In this document: in pieces, positions 1 through 15,915 of the stretch
Numbering within the stretch: the first letter of the stretch is position 1
Layout: the number at the start of each line of letters is the position of its first letter
Origin: Eledone cirrhosa
Lineage: Eukaryota
Assembly (NCBI GenBank): GCA_964016885.1
Contig: OZ024740.1
Span: forward strand, 426,436,001-426,500,000
Reading direction: 5' to 3'
Length of the DNA stretch: 64,000 nt
Notes under the pieces: generated by a model
Told to the model about the DNA's origin: nothing
Databases searched by the model: none
What the model saw: the letters and a program-made list of their open reading frames with translations, nothing else
Translations under genes and position numbers: made by a program

Positions 1-299
1 ATAACTTTTGTATAAGCTCCCTGTGTCCACGCATCGCCTGGAAACTTAGCTGAGAATAGACTTCCCTGATGACGAAAGGCTTCTCCGTACGTTTCTTCGG
101 AAACTATGTTTATTCCCTTTCAGAAACTAATTAGTTGGAGTGAAATTTTAGTAAGTTAATTTTTATAATTTTCTTATTTTACGTCTTTCATATTATTGTT
201 CTGCATCCCCATGCATTGAACCACAAAGTTACTAAGACAAAACCTATATATTTGCTGGCATAAGTATGCATCTGTATATATATGTTAGTAGATATACTA

Positions 300-341
300 A
301 TTCTTTATAATATATATATATTTATATATATATATATAAAG

Positions 342-398
<57 letters not shown>

Positions 399-412
399 AG
401 TGTGTGTATATA

Positions 413-479
<67 letters not shown>

Positions 480-555
480 GTGTGTGTTTATGTATATATA
501 TATATATGTCCGTGTGTATGTTTATGCGTGCATGCATGTATTTATGTGTGTGTGT
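300..555. repeat. (TA)n/(TG)n compound microsatellite
   Basis: Directly visible dinucleotide runs; the overlapping YIYI/CVCV ORFs are artefacts. Confidence 0.95.
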
Positions 556-1145
556 AAACGAAGATAAATAATTTCCACCAAGTATTGAAACCGTTTCTTG
601 CATCATGACTTAGTTAAAGTCAAAGAAGATGCTGTACCATTTTTAGTTATCCATAGTAGTATCAGTGGACATTATTGAGGGTTTACCTTGCTAATTAGGG
701 AGTGTAACCTATCGGTAATTAATGCGAATTTATACTCTTTTACAGGTAAACTGTTCCAGCCATCGAACTGAGGCCACGCTGGGGCACCGCCCTTGGAAAT
801 CTTAACACATGGAGTATATATGTTAATAATTAGAGACTGCATACGTCAGTAACTGACGAATATATAGGAACATGTATGTACATTAATTTGTCGCTTACTC
901 AGAATATGGAGGGCACTCACTATAACACTTTTAAGGCCGCTGTGCGTAAGTTATCCTCAGGACGTAGGTTTAGGCCGAATTCATGCGACAAGTTGGACCC
1001 CACTAAATTGTCTCAAGTAAGAATACATGGTGTTAAACTAAGAGACTCTGATTGCCCTTCATTCTCATGGTCATCCCTAAATTCTAACCGTAAATTCTTC
1101 CTCACCAACAACTAATATTATTCGATTTTAAATTCTTTGCAGCTC

Positions 1146-2562
1146 TATAGATTATATATATAGGGATAAGAGTGTTTCAGGAGACCTTATAGATTATATA
1201 TATAGGGATAAGAGTGTTTCAGGAGACCTTATAGATTATATATATAGGGATAAGAGTGTTTCAGGAGACCTTATAGATTATATATATAGGGATAAGAGTG
1301 TTTCAGGAGACCTTATAGATTATATATATAGGGATAAGAGTGTTTCAGGAGACCTTATAGATTATATATATAGGGATAAGAGTGTTTCAGGAGACCTTAT
1401 AGATTATATATATAGGGATAAGAGTGTTTCAGGAGACCTTATAGATTATATATATAGGGATAAGAGTGTTTCAGGAGACCTTATAGATTATATATATAGG
1501 GATAAGAGTGTTTCAGGAGACCTTATAGATTATATATATAGGGATAAGAGTGTTTCAGGAGACCTTATAGATTATATATATAGGGATAAGAGTGTTTCAG
1601 GAGACCTTATAGATTATATATATAGGGATAAGAGTGTTTCAGGAGACCTTATAGATTATATATATAGGGATAAGAGTGTTTCAGGAGACCTTATAGATTA
1701 TATATATAGGGATAAGAGTGTTTCAGGAGACCTTATAGATTATATATATAGGGATAAGAGTGTTTCAGGAGACCTTATAGATTATATATATAGGGATAAG
1801 AGTGTTTCAGGAGACCTTATAGATTATATATATAGGGATAAGAGTGTTTCAGGAGACCTTATAGATTATATATATAGGGATAAGAGTGTTTCAGGAGACC
1901 TTATAGATTATATATATAGGGATAAGAGTGTTTCAGGAGACCTTATAGATTATATATATAGGGATAAGAGTGTTTCAGGAGACCTTATAGATTATATATA
2001 TAGGGATAAGAGTGTTTCAGGAGACCTTATAGATTATATATATAGGGATAAGAGTGTTTCAGGAGACCTTATAGATTATATATATAGGGATAAGAGTGTT
2101 TCAGGAGACCTTATAGATTATATATATAGGGATAAGAGTGTTTCAGGAGACCTTATAGATTATATATATAGGGATAAGAGTGTTTCAGGAGACCTTATAG
2201 ATTATATATATAGGGATAAGAGTGTTTCAGGAGACCTTATAGATTATATATATAGGGATAAGAGTGTTTCAGGAGACCTTATAGATTATATATATAGGGA
2301 TAAGAGTGTTTCAGGAGACCTTATAGATTATATATATAGGGATAAGAGTGTTTCAGGAGACCTTATAGATTATATATATAGGGATAAGAGTGTTTCAGGA
2401 GACCTTATAGATTATATATATAGGGATAAGAGTGTTTCAGGAGACCTTATAGATTATATATATAGGGATAAGAGTGTTTCAGGAGACCTTATAGATTATA
2501 TATATATAGGGATAAGAGTGTTTCAGGAGACCTTATAGATTATATATATATAGGGATAAGAG
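1146..2562. repeat. 42-bp tandem minisatellite, about 33-34 near-identical copies
   Basis: Unit CTTATAGATTATATATATAGGGATAAGAGTGTTTCAGGAGAC. The printed line pattern recurs every 420 bp (10 units); only the last units gain an extra TA. Confidence 0.97.
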
Positions 2563-2629
2563 TCTTATCACCATGTTTGGTGCTTTACCGATCCCTCCAA
2601 GCTACTAACCTTATAGTAACAATAATAAT

Positions 2630-3310
2630 GGTTTCTGATTTAGGGATAAGAACAACATTTTTTTGGGGGGGAGGGGGGGGGGTCGATAGCCTCAACCCCT
2701 GTACGTTACTAGTACTTTATTTTATCGATCCTATAGCGATGAAAGGCAAGTGAAACCTCGGCGGGAGTTGAGATCATGATGCAAAAAAATTTAACACTAT
2801 GCCGCAAAACATGCTGTCCGACACTCTACCGAGTCTGCCAATCCAATAATAATAATAAGCCAAATAGAAGGAACAATAACTTTAATTTTTTTCTAACATT
2901 GGCACGAGACTATCAATAAAAAGGTAGGGGTAAGTGGATCATAGCAACCCTAGTACTTAAGTAGTACTATAATTTATAGACCCTGGAGTGGTGAAAGACA
3001 AAGTTGACCGTGTTTGGTTTGACACCAGAACATAGAGGGCCATTACGAAATACTTCAATGCATTTCATCCGACACACTAGCGACTCTGCCACCACCCTCA
3101 AAATAATATTTATAATAATAATTGTTTTTACTTTTGGCACAAGGCCAGCAATTACCCCAGTGCATTACTGGTGCTTTATTTTATCGACCCCCGTAAGGAT
3201 GAAAGGCAAAGTTAACCTCGGCGGGATTTGAACTCAGAATGGCTAGGGCCGTAACTCTATGCGTCAAGACATGGCGTCCGACTCTCTACCGGTACTGCCA
3301 ATACAACGCC
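2630..3310 (-). mobile_element. Three consecutive degenerate copies of a tRNA-derived SINE (about 2630-2850, 2890-3100, 3125-3310)
   Basis: Each carries a variant of TACTGGTGCTTTATTTTATCGACCCCG..GGATGAAAGGCAAAGTTAACCTCGGCGGGATTTGAACTC. The reverse complement contains the B-box-like GAGTTCAAATCCC. Resembles an abundant octopus SINE (from memory). Confidence 0.75.
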
Positions 3311-3662
3311 CTTCTATAATACTGATAACAGTAAGAGAGAAAGAGAAGACCAGAGAAGGTAATACACGTAGACGTATGTCTGCACCCAACACAGATATTG
3401 CAGAGAGAGACATCGACAAAGAGGCAGTGGTTCGAGTGGAGAGAGAGAGGAAACAAAGATGACAAAACGTAATAGGTTTATAATGTGAGTTATGAAAGAG
3501 TAATTAAAGCAATTAAGTAAATTGACGTTTAGGTTGTTTACCACCTGATATCTATATTACTTACCTGAGCATAATATAAAAACAATTGGGGTGAAACACA
3601 ATCAGTGGACGTGTTTATATTGACTGCATGAGTCGTCCAAATTATAACAATATGTATATATG

Positions 3663-3705
<43 letters not shown>

Positions 3706-3739
3706 TTATTTATCTATCTATCTATCTATCTATCTATCT
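3663..3739. repeat. (CTAT)n microsatellite, 5' flank of the Tx1 element
   Basis: Direct reading. Confidence 0.95.
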
Positions 3740-3886
3740 GTCTGATAACTTTAATTTTTGTACCATTTTGTAGAGGGACTGCCAGGTCAAACTTTGATCT
3801 GGTCAGTCTCTCAAAATATTCTACGCCTTTAGGCGAAATAGTTAAAAAAAAAGTTTTTTCTTGTTGAAAAGTCAATATTTTTTTAA

Positions 3887-5676
3887 ATGGCCGAAGCTTC
3901 TTCACCAAAATTCGAAGGAGGAAAGGGGAAGATGAACTTACAGCTTCCCCCTGCCACTGTCACAGTAGCAGAGGTCAAGAAGATAGGTCAGCCAGAGGAA
4001 GAATTCTCTCCACCTGTTAACCGACAACTTGACGTTGCCATGGCAACAACCCAAAGAACCAGCAGCAACAGCAACAACAACAACAATGCGACGGACGAAA
4101 ACAACACCAATAACAATAACAATAACAACAACAAGACCAATAACGGTGACAACAACAACAATGATAACAACAACACCACCAACGACAACAACAACACAAA
4201 CAAACAAAATTTCTCCTTCGCCGAGACGACAAGGAAAACCCTCGACTATCTGCCAGTAGATATAACAAAAGCGAAGGAGCTACTGGCGGATGCGAAAAAA
4301 TATATAGTGTACGGGGAAAATGGTTCATTCACAATCCATTCCCCCCCGGAACTAAAAAGCCAGAGACTCCTAAACACGGCCATGTTTAGGACAATCTCGA
4401 ACAAAAGTAAAAAACCAGCTCAACCATCACAGAGCGAGATAGAGCTGGTTTTAAAAGACGTCATGAAGGACATCACCTTCATTCAGAAGGATAGACTCTA
4501 CGGGAGTCTATCCATACTCATGAAGGACAGGGACACAGCAGTGAAACTGTCCATCAAACCAATCACATCCACCGCATACACCTTCTACCCTACGTACATG
4601 GGTAGAAGAACACAAAAAATAAAAATCCACACCATCCTGCCGATTATGGACATATGGTGGGTTTTGACAGGTTTTCTGGACCTGGAGGATGACATGCTGG
4701 TGTCCATGGGAAAGGCATCGGGTGACGCGTTCAGTGGAACGAGCCTCGAACTTGTAGTTCAAATGAGGCCCGAAAGGATCGCCCAGATCCCTGAACGCGT
4801 CATACTGGATGATCTAACCTTCATCAACATTACCGTTGAGGGTAGACGGCCCTCGTGTTACCTCTGCGGAACCAGAGGTCACCTGAGGGCTGTCTGTCCC
4901 CAACTTAATAAGAAAACCCCAATCCTGCCTACACCACCAACAACTGCACAACCAACACAATCACCACAACTACCACTACAAAAACAACCACCACAGCTCA
5001 AACCAAAACAAAACAATGTCCAACCCATCCCCTCCACTCAAAAAACAAAAACAATTTCCAAAACACCCGTACCGCAAACACAACCCGAAAATATACCCCT
5101 CCCCTCCAACGCGGAAGATGACCCTAGTTCGTCGTCAGACGAGGAGGAGCACTTCCACACAATCAAAAGGAAAAAAAAAGAAAACACACCTCAGACACAC
5201 AAATGAAAAAAAACCCTCCCCAAAACATAACACTGACACCAACACAAAAGAGCTCACAACAGCAAACAAAAAACACCACACAAAAATAAAAACATGCATA
5301 CACATACATAAATACAAGAAACAAAAAACTGTTAAACATTGTGTACAACAACAATCTAATAAAAACACAAGGGCCTAACTTCACCCAGGCAGGGGATTTC
5401 CCCCACCTCAAAATGATTAAGGCCCCACAGGACACCTATAAAACTTTAAAAAACAATTTTAAAGAGGACGTGGGTCCCCCCTGCGTCGGGCCCATTAACC
5501 GCGTCCTCCTAAAAAACTATCCCACCCCCTCCCCAAACACCCTCACAACTCCAAGCTCCCCAACCACACAACACACTGATGCCCCCACACTTCCACAAAC
5601 CACCACCCCACCCAACAACCCATCCCCCACCCTAATGGAAATTGTGCAGCCCGATACCCGGGACGCAGAGAGGTAA
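3887..5676 (+). CDS. Tx1 ORF1 (nucleic-acid-binding, zinc knuckle); frame broken in the A-rich region after about 5170
   Basis: ORF 3887-5206 has a poly-Asn tract, CYLCGTRGHLRAVC (CCHC) and a Pro/Thr/Gln-rich region. The C-terminal piece 5341-5676 is homologous to the matching segment of the second element (11366-11590). Confidence 0.8.
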
Positions 5677-5700
5677 GTGCCTTTTCCCTTCACCACCAAC

Positions 5701-8700
5701 ATGGCTATGCTAAGAGTAGGCTGTTTAAATGCGCGTGGCCTGGGCTCAACTTGGAAGCAAGCAATGCTTCTAAATGACCTCAGGTCACAACGTATAGATG
5801 TGATGGTTATTTGCGAGGCCCGGATCAGCAACGTGCGACAGCTGGCCCCCACCTTTGATGACTTTGAGATGCACGCATCTCTCTGTCAGCCCGGAGGTGG
5901 GGGTGGAGTTGTCGTTCTGCTGCAAAAACATCTGGGTCTCGCAACACAGATGGTACATTTGGACCCGGAGGGTCGACTAGTGGTTCTGGACCTTGGCAGT
6001 GGTAAAGGCGGAGCGTTTAGGTTGGTAGCCGCCTACGGCCCTTTCGGGTCAATGCGGCCGGACTTCTTCCATCGTCTGGAGACTTTTCTAGGGACGTCCC
6101 GCTCCTTGCTATTAGTGGGGGACTGGAATGGTATCCTAGATGCACGCTGGGACTACGTAGGGGCCTGCCCCGATAGAGAGGGGTGTAATAGCCTCAAAGG
6201 GTTAATCGGTCGATTTGACCTGGCCGATAGATATCGACTAGATTTTCCGACTGCGCCAACCTGGACTTGGGCAAATCGTAGCGGATCATCTAGGTCGTAT
6301 CTAGATAGGTTCTTAGTTAGAATTAAGGATAAGGACATTTTAAGTTGTCCAAAAATGCGCATTGTTGACTATTCAGACCACAAATTAGTGACCTGCATGG
6401 TCAACCTTGACAGAACTCATAGACAGGGCCCCGGTTACTGGAAGCTCAACTTGTCCTTGCCGGCAAGTAGAGCCTACAGGAATCGGATTAGTACGTTAGT
6501 TAAGGAACGGTTGACTGGAGCGATCGTCAACAGCAGGTGGTGGGTATCTCTAAAGAGAGAGATTAGAGTAGTCTCGATAGAATTTAGTAAGGTTCTAGCT
6601 GCGGATAGGAATAGGAAGGAAAGGGAGCTAATAGATAGAGTAGAAGAGGCAATTAGAAGCGGCGACGTGGCCAGAGTGCTAGCGTCGAGAACGGCTTTGA
6701 GCCAGTTTTTCGACGCGAAGCACGAAGGCTGCGTTGTCCGAAGTAAAATACGTGCTCTAGGGAACGAGGGGACCAAAGCTGTTAGCTGGGCCCGCGTGAC
6801 AGAGGCCAACAGTGGAACTAAATCCACCATCCGGTCTTTGCGAGACCTGGATGGACGGGCGATTCTTGAGCCTAAGCAGATGTGTGAGGCCTTTCAAAGG
6901 CACTTTGCCCGACTGTTCGGGAGGGGCGGGGAGCCGGTTGGGAACGTGGACTTCGGTCCATACCTCGATGGCCTGCCGCGCCTCTCGGACAGGGAGGCGA
7001 AGTCCTGCGAGGAGCCGATTTCGGCCGCTGAGATAGAGGACGTGCTGAGCCAATGCGGCAAACGCAAATCCCCGGGTCTCGATGGTCTTCCTTACGAATT
7101 ATATCTAGCTATGCCGGACTTGTTCCTCGATCTCCTCGAGGCGGTCTACTGCAACTGGCAACAGAACGGGAGAATTCCCTGTACTGTGACCAAGGGCGTA
7201 GTCACGCTAGTGAGGAAGGACGAGAACAAGGGGGACGAAATAAGTAACTTCAGGCCCATAACACTGCTAAATACAGAGTTACAGATTTTGGCCAAGGTGC
7301 TAGCAAAGAGGTTGGCGCTTGTCGTGGGCAACCTGGTGGGAGATGCGCAGACATGCGCTATCCCGTCCAGGTCCATCCATGACAACCTCCACCTCATGCG
7401 ATACATCATAGAGAGGGTTGGGAACGAACCCGGCTTTGGTGGGGCTCTGATCAACTTGGATCAATCTAAGGCGTTCGATAGGGTCGACCATGGTTACCTG
7501 GATGCGGTGCTAGCGGCGGCAGGCGTCGGACCCGTTTTCAGGGGCTGGATCACTGCTATGCACAGCAGCCGCATCTGCTCTAGGGTCAAGGTGAACGGCT
7601 ACCTCTCGGAGCCGTTCAAAATCGCGCGGTCCATCCGACAAGGGTGCCCTCTCTCCTCCCTTCTGTATGTGTTGACTCTCGAGCCACTACTGCGGAAGTT
7701 GGAGTTGTTGCAGGGCATCCCTTTGGAACCGGGATTGCGGAAAGCGGTGTCGGCCTACGCCGATGACGTGACAGTAATGGTGTCGACGGCCTCCGAAATC
7801 GAGGCGCCGGCACCTTACTGGAGGAGTACGAAAAGTTCACAGGGGCTAAGCTGAACCGGGACAAGTCGATCGGTTTGCAACTCGGCACGTGGAGGGGCAG
7901 ACCGATGCCCTCCGATAGCGTCGTCGGACGCTGGACGGAGGGCCCGGTGAAGTTGCTCGGGGTTCGGACCGGACCTCCAGGTGGAGAAAAACTGGGCGGA
8001 GGTTACGAACAGGGTGTTTGCACTGACCCAGAAGTGGGCCAGTTGCAAACTATCCCTGAAAGGTCGGGCGGAGGTGGCGAACACCTACATAGCGTCCGTC
8101 ATCTACTACCGCCTGACCGTAGTGCCCTGCCCAAGGGAAACCCTCACCAAGATGGAGCGCGCGCTCTTCCAATTCCTTTGGAAGAGGCGGGCTCCTATGG
8201 TGAGGAGATCCATCTGCTGTCAACACCCTTCGAAAGGAGGGCTGGGGATGCCGTGGCTAATGATGCGTAAACACGCATTAAGGCTACGGCACCTCTACGT
8301 ATTCCTCACCGGACAACCGGTGTGGGCCTCGTTTGTGAGACGAACCTTTCCCAGACTCGTCTCACTCACCGAGCTGCAATCCTGGGTCAAGCAAAGACCG
8401 AGAAAACTGGGCGCCTGGCACACTGAGTGTGCCCAGGCGTTCACCGCCCTCTGGCAGGCGGATCCGGTTATCAGTGGAGACTCCACCGCAACGTTCTATA
8501 GAGGGCTGGTGCGCAGCAGGTGCGACGACGCCCTCGGAGAAGCCCTAGACATGGAGGAGGACGAACTGGCCAGCCTGTTCGGTAGGACATTCAGCCCGGG
8601 ACCTATGGACAACTTCCAGAAGTCCCTGGCCTGGCAGTGCTACCGAGGGGCTTTACCCGTTCGAGAAAGGCTCTACAGACACGGGCGCCCGGGTAGGGAC

Positions 8701-9132
8701 CCCGCCAAAAAGATCTGTCCCAGATGCGTGTGCGACGAGGAAACCGTTGCACACGCATTAGTACACTGCTCGGGCGTAGCCGATCTGTGGGGCTATGTCG
8801 AACAACTGCTGTCAAGGGTGGGACCGATCCGGTTGACCACCGAGTCTATTGTAATGATCAAGCCGCCTCCCCCCTTCAAAGATGAAGCAGAGGCGGTGTT
8901 TCTGTGCGTAATAGCCATGGCGAAAGAGGTTGTATGGTGGACGCGTCTGAAAGGACTGAGGTCGGGCACCTTTCTCTCTGGCCAACAACTGGTCCGTTTC
9001 TTCCGATATCATTTCGGAAGAAGGATCAGGATGGAGAGAGAGGTGCTGCACCCCAGCCGTTTCTATGAAAGATGGGTGAAAGTGGCGAGAATGGCCCGTG
9101 TGAATGGGCCTTCACTCTACATCAGACTATAG
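5701..9132 (+). CDS. Tx1 ORF2 (APE endonuclease + reverse transcriptase + CCHC) with two frameshifts near 7805 and 7965
   Basis: APE motifs LNARG, GDWN, YLDRF and SDH; RT motifs KSPGLDG, FRPITLLN, DQSKAFD, RQGCPLS and YADD; C-terminal CPRC..ETVAHALVHC. The three ORF pieces join into a canonical L1/Tx1 ORF2. Confidence 0.92.
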
Positions 9133-9393
9133 GTGAGGAAGATGAAAGACCAAGGGAGCACCCCTTCTCTGTGCTCCTGAGGAGAAGGGTTGCACACTTT
9201 TTTCGGGGGTGTGTGCGACCCCCCAAGGCGCCTCCTCTCTATTGAGGATTTTGTTAAAAATTTTATTTTTTGTTATATCTTATTTTATTTTTATATTTTG
9301 TTATTGCCTCCTCCTTATTGAGGACGCCTTTTTGTGTAAACTCCCCCCTTTGTACTTGTCCCACTTTTGATGCCCTAGTGGCAAATAAAAGAA

Positions 9394-9394
<1 letters not shown>

Positions 9395-9459
<65 letters not shown>

Positions 9460-9472
9460 ATATCTATATAGA
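9395..9472. repeat. (CTAT)n microsatellite, 3' flank of the Tx1 element
   Basis: Direct reading. Confidence 0.95.
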
Positions 9473-9559
9473 TGGACGCACACAATTTTGCTGGTAAGTT
9501 TCTGTCAATTTATTTACAGAAAACAGAAATTCTTGTTTAAAAAAACACATTGTTTTGTA

Positions 9560-9915
9560 GATGAACCGTGAGGCTGAATTATCAGCTGGGTGGCATCTCA
9601 TTGTTTGCCCCCACAGAGGCGAAAATTTAATTTGAAATTAATTTGAAAAACTGTTAAGAACATTTTTAATATTTTGTCGTCAGCTATGGCAAGCGTTCAA
9701 GGAACGCTAGCGAACGTTGAGGAAGGAAAAAGAAAAGAAGAAATAGACTTTAACGTTGCTGAGAACTTTACCTGTATCAATGTAATTGACAACAAAGTTT
9801 TATTTAACGAAAGTGAAGTAGACAACACAAACAAAATTGAAACACACAGTGTACAAGAGACACCAAAAACAACAGAAAAAACAATTGACAACTACAAACG
9901 GAAAAACCGACAACC

Positions 9916-9948
<33 letters not shown>

Positions 9949-12773
9949 TTTTTACAGAAACAGTAACAAATAATAATAACGTTACCTCAAACTCCGCATG
10001 TATTGGCGTCATTATGGAAGCCAATATGGACAACAATAATAAAAACAAGATTGAACAACACAGTGTACAACATACACCAAAAACAACAGAAAAAACAACA
10101 GAAAATGAAACGATTGACAGAACTACAAACTGAAAAACCGACAGCAAAACATCAGTCATGAATAAACAAGAGTTCAAGGATCTCGATATCTCCAATACGA
10201 GACAGATGCTCTCTGAAGCAAAGGAGTTTATCATTTTCGGTGAAAACGGTGGGTTTCAAATAAACTCACGCCCAGAAATTCGTCTGGAAACACTTCGAAG
10301 GACAATTACCTTCAGAACTGTTTCAAATGAAACAAAAAGACCAGCATTCCTCAGTCAAGGGGACATTCAGGCAACCTTTAAGGAAATATTGCCAAACATT
10401 GACTTTATGCAGAGGGCCAAACAATATGGGAGTATTTCGGTGCTCCTCAAAAGTGAGACCCTCGCACAAAAAATTCAGTGACAAAAAATACACCTTTTTC
10501 CCTACGTACCTGGGAAAAAGAAGTCAGAAAATCAGAATTGCAAACATACCAAATATTAATATTTGGTTGATATTGGCAGGATTTTTAGAGGAGGGACAAG
10601 ACACCATTCTCTCCATCAAAACGTCAACCAGACACACGTGGTCTGGTACAAATTTGGAGATTCTGGTGCAAATGAACCCGGAGAGAATCTCCAAAATACC
10701 CGAAAAAGTAAGTGCCGGTGGACAACAACAGCCACATAAGCATTTTGGTTGAAGGAAGAAAACCCACACTGCTTTTGATGTAACAGCACAGCACATCTAA
10801 AGGCCTCCTGCCTTTTACAGACACATTTAACCCCCCCCCCCCCCCAAAAAAAATAGTGTTACCAACACCAACACCAAAACAACCACCATCACCACCACAA
10901 CAACAACAGCACACAAAACAAGCAAACGCACCAACACAAACAGCCACCCAACCAGCAACAGCAGGGAAAACACAAATAACTACACCGAAGAACACAGTTC
11001 CACCCCAACCCACTCCATCCAATACTGTTACAAACACACATACAAACACACCATCACCACACAACATACCCCTACCGCAAGCTCTTGATGACGAATCATC
11101 GTCAGACGAGGCTACTTCTTCATCTCCAAGTGAAGATGAAGGACAGCCTCGAAAAAAAGGCACCACAAAGCCACAAAAACAACAATCACCAACAACAACA
11201 CACAACCGCCTACACAAACAGCAACACCACCCCAAACACAAGCACCGACCATAAAAAAAAACTCCCGGACGAACAACAAACTAAAACAACACAACAAAAA
11301 CACAAACAACAATACGCATACATCAACACAAACAAGAGTTTGATGGAGGTCATCTCCAAAACCCCATGGTGGAGACGGAGGGCAAAACTTTCGTTAAAGC
11401 AGAATCATCTCCACACCTCAAACTAATAAGAGTTTCTATGGAAACATATAGCAAACTAAAATCAAAATGTTCGCAGGACGTGGGCAACCCCTGTCAAAAA
11501 CCCATAAACCACGTCCTGTTAAAATGTTTCCCCACCCACCATCACCCAAATGGAGATTGAACAACCCGATCTCCAGGAAACGAAAATGTAAGTGCACCTT
11601 TTCGTCCTTTTTTGCCAACTCTTCTCCACCAACATGGCTAATTTACGAGTTGGAAGCGTGAATGTGCGTGGCCTAGGGATGCCCTGGAAACAGGGTCAAC
11701 TTTTAAACGACCTTAGGTCACGCGGTATGGAGTTGACAGCCATCAACGGGTCCAGGATCCACAACAGGCAGCAACTAACCCCCATCTTCAATGACTTTGA
11801 GATGTACGCATCTCTCTGTCAGCCAGGAGGTGGAGGGGGAGTGGCTGTCATGTTTCGGAAAAACCTGAACGTCGAAGTACAGCAAGTACACTTGGACCCG
11901 GAGGGTAGACTGGTAGTCCTAGACGTGAACAGTGTTGGAGGTGGAACCTTCAGACTGGTGGCCGTTTATGCCTCGATCGGGCAATCGCGGTCAGACTTCT
12001 TTAAGCGTCTAGAGTCTTTTCTGGGAACGTCTCGCTATTTGCTTTTAGTGGGGGACTGGAATAGCTTCCTAGACGCACGATGGGACTATGTAGCATGATG
12101 TCCCAGTAGAGGGGGGGGGGGAGCAACAGCCTCAAACATTTAATCGTCCAATTCCAACTGGCCCATATGCATCGACTGGATTTCCCGACGGCACTACAGT
12201 GGACGTGGGAAAACCGCAGCGGGACATCTAGATCGTATTTAGATAGGTTCTTTATTAGAGAGAGAGAGACAAGAAGATGTTAAGCAGTCCACTATTCAGA
12301 CCACAAACTAGTCGTCTGCTTAGTCAACCGTGATAGAATACATAGACAAGGACCCGGATACTGGAAGCTGAACATGTCGCTACCGAGACGAAAAGCCTAC
12401 AGTGAACGGATGAGTAGATTAGTTAAGCAATAACTGACGGGAGCCATCGTCAACAACCGATGGTGGTACTCCCTCAAGAAAGCAATTAGAGTAGAGTCGA
12501 TATACTTTAGCAGAGAGTTAGCCTTAGAGACAAACAAAACAGAAACGGAACTAGTAGCCAAGGTAGAGGAGGCGCTTAGGAGTGGCAACGTAGCTAGAGT
12601 GCTAGCAACGAGAACGGCACTGGACCAGTTCTTCGACGCCAAACACGAAGGCTGCGTGGTCAGAAGTAAATCACGTGCTCTAGGAAACGATGGAGCGAAA
12701 GCTGTTAGTTGGGCCCGAGTGGCAGAGGGGAAAAGTGGCAACAAATCCACGATTCATTCTTTGAAAGACCAAG
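9560..12773 (+). mobile_element. Second, divergent and decayed Tx1-family element lacking its 3' half (ORF1 about 9687-11591, ORF2 11634-12773)
   Basis: Fragments align with the first element: AKEFIIFGENG, YTFFPTYLG, NVRGLG..LLNDLRS, GDWN, AKHEGCVVRSK. Multiple stops and frameshifts. It ends abruptly in a short (TA)n before the RT domain. 5' boundary approximate. Confidence 0.88.
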
Positions 12774-13075
12774 ATATATATATATAACTTCGTGTTTGAA
12801 ACATACTGTTACAATTTGGCAGTCATAGTGATATTAAAAACAATTGAATTTCATTTCATTTTAATATTAATTGAGTAAACAATTCATCGACTACTTTCGT
12901 TACCTGGTGTTTGTGAAACAGGACAAGACAGAATACATTGGAACAGATTAGAAGAATGGAAAGACAGCGTAGAGCAATAATAATCACTGAGGAAGTCACA
13001 AGATGTGTGGCAAAAGAGATTCACCAATTAACATTGATCAGTAACCTGGTTACAAAATTAACTGAAAAATGGATT

Positions 13076-15915
<2,840 letters not shown>

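Larger units (their letters stand above)
3740..9394 (+). mobile_element. Nearly full-length Tx1-clade (L1 superfamily) non-LTR retrotransposon inserted in (CTAT)n
   Basis: 5'UTR, ORF1 with CCHC knuckle, ORF2 with APE, RT and C-terminal CCHC, then a 3'UTR ending AATAAAAGAAA directly into TCTATCTATC. (CTAT)n lies on both sides. Confidence 0.92.

Noticed and set aside
1146-2562. CRISPR array or synthetic construct (BsaI site GAGACC in every unit)
   Set aside because: No spacers or vector sequence; a 6-mer in a tandem unit is expected by chance.
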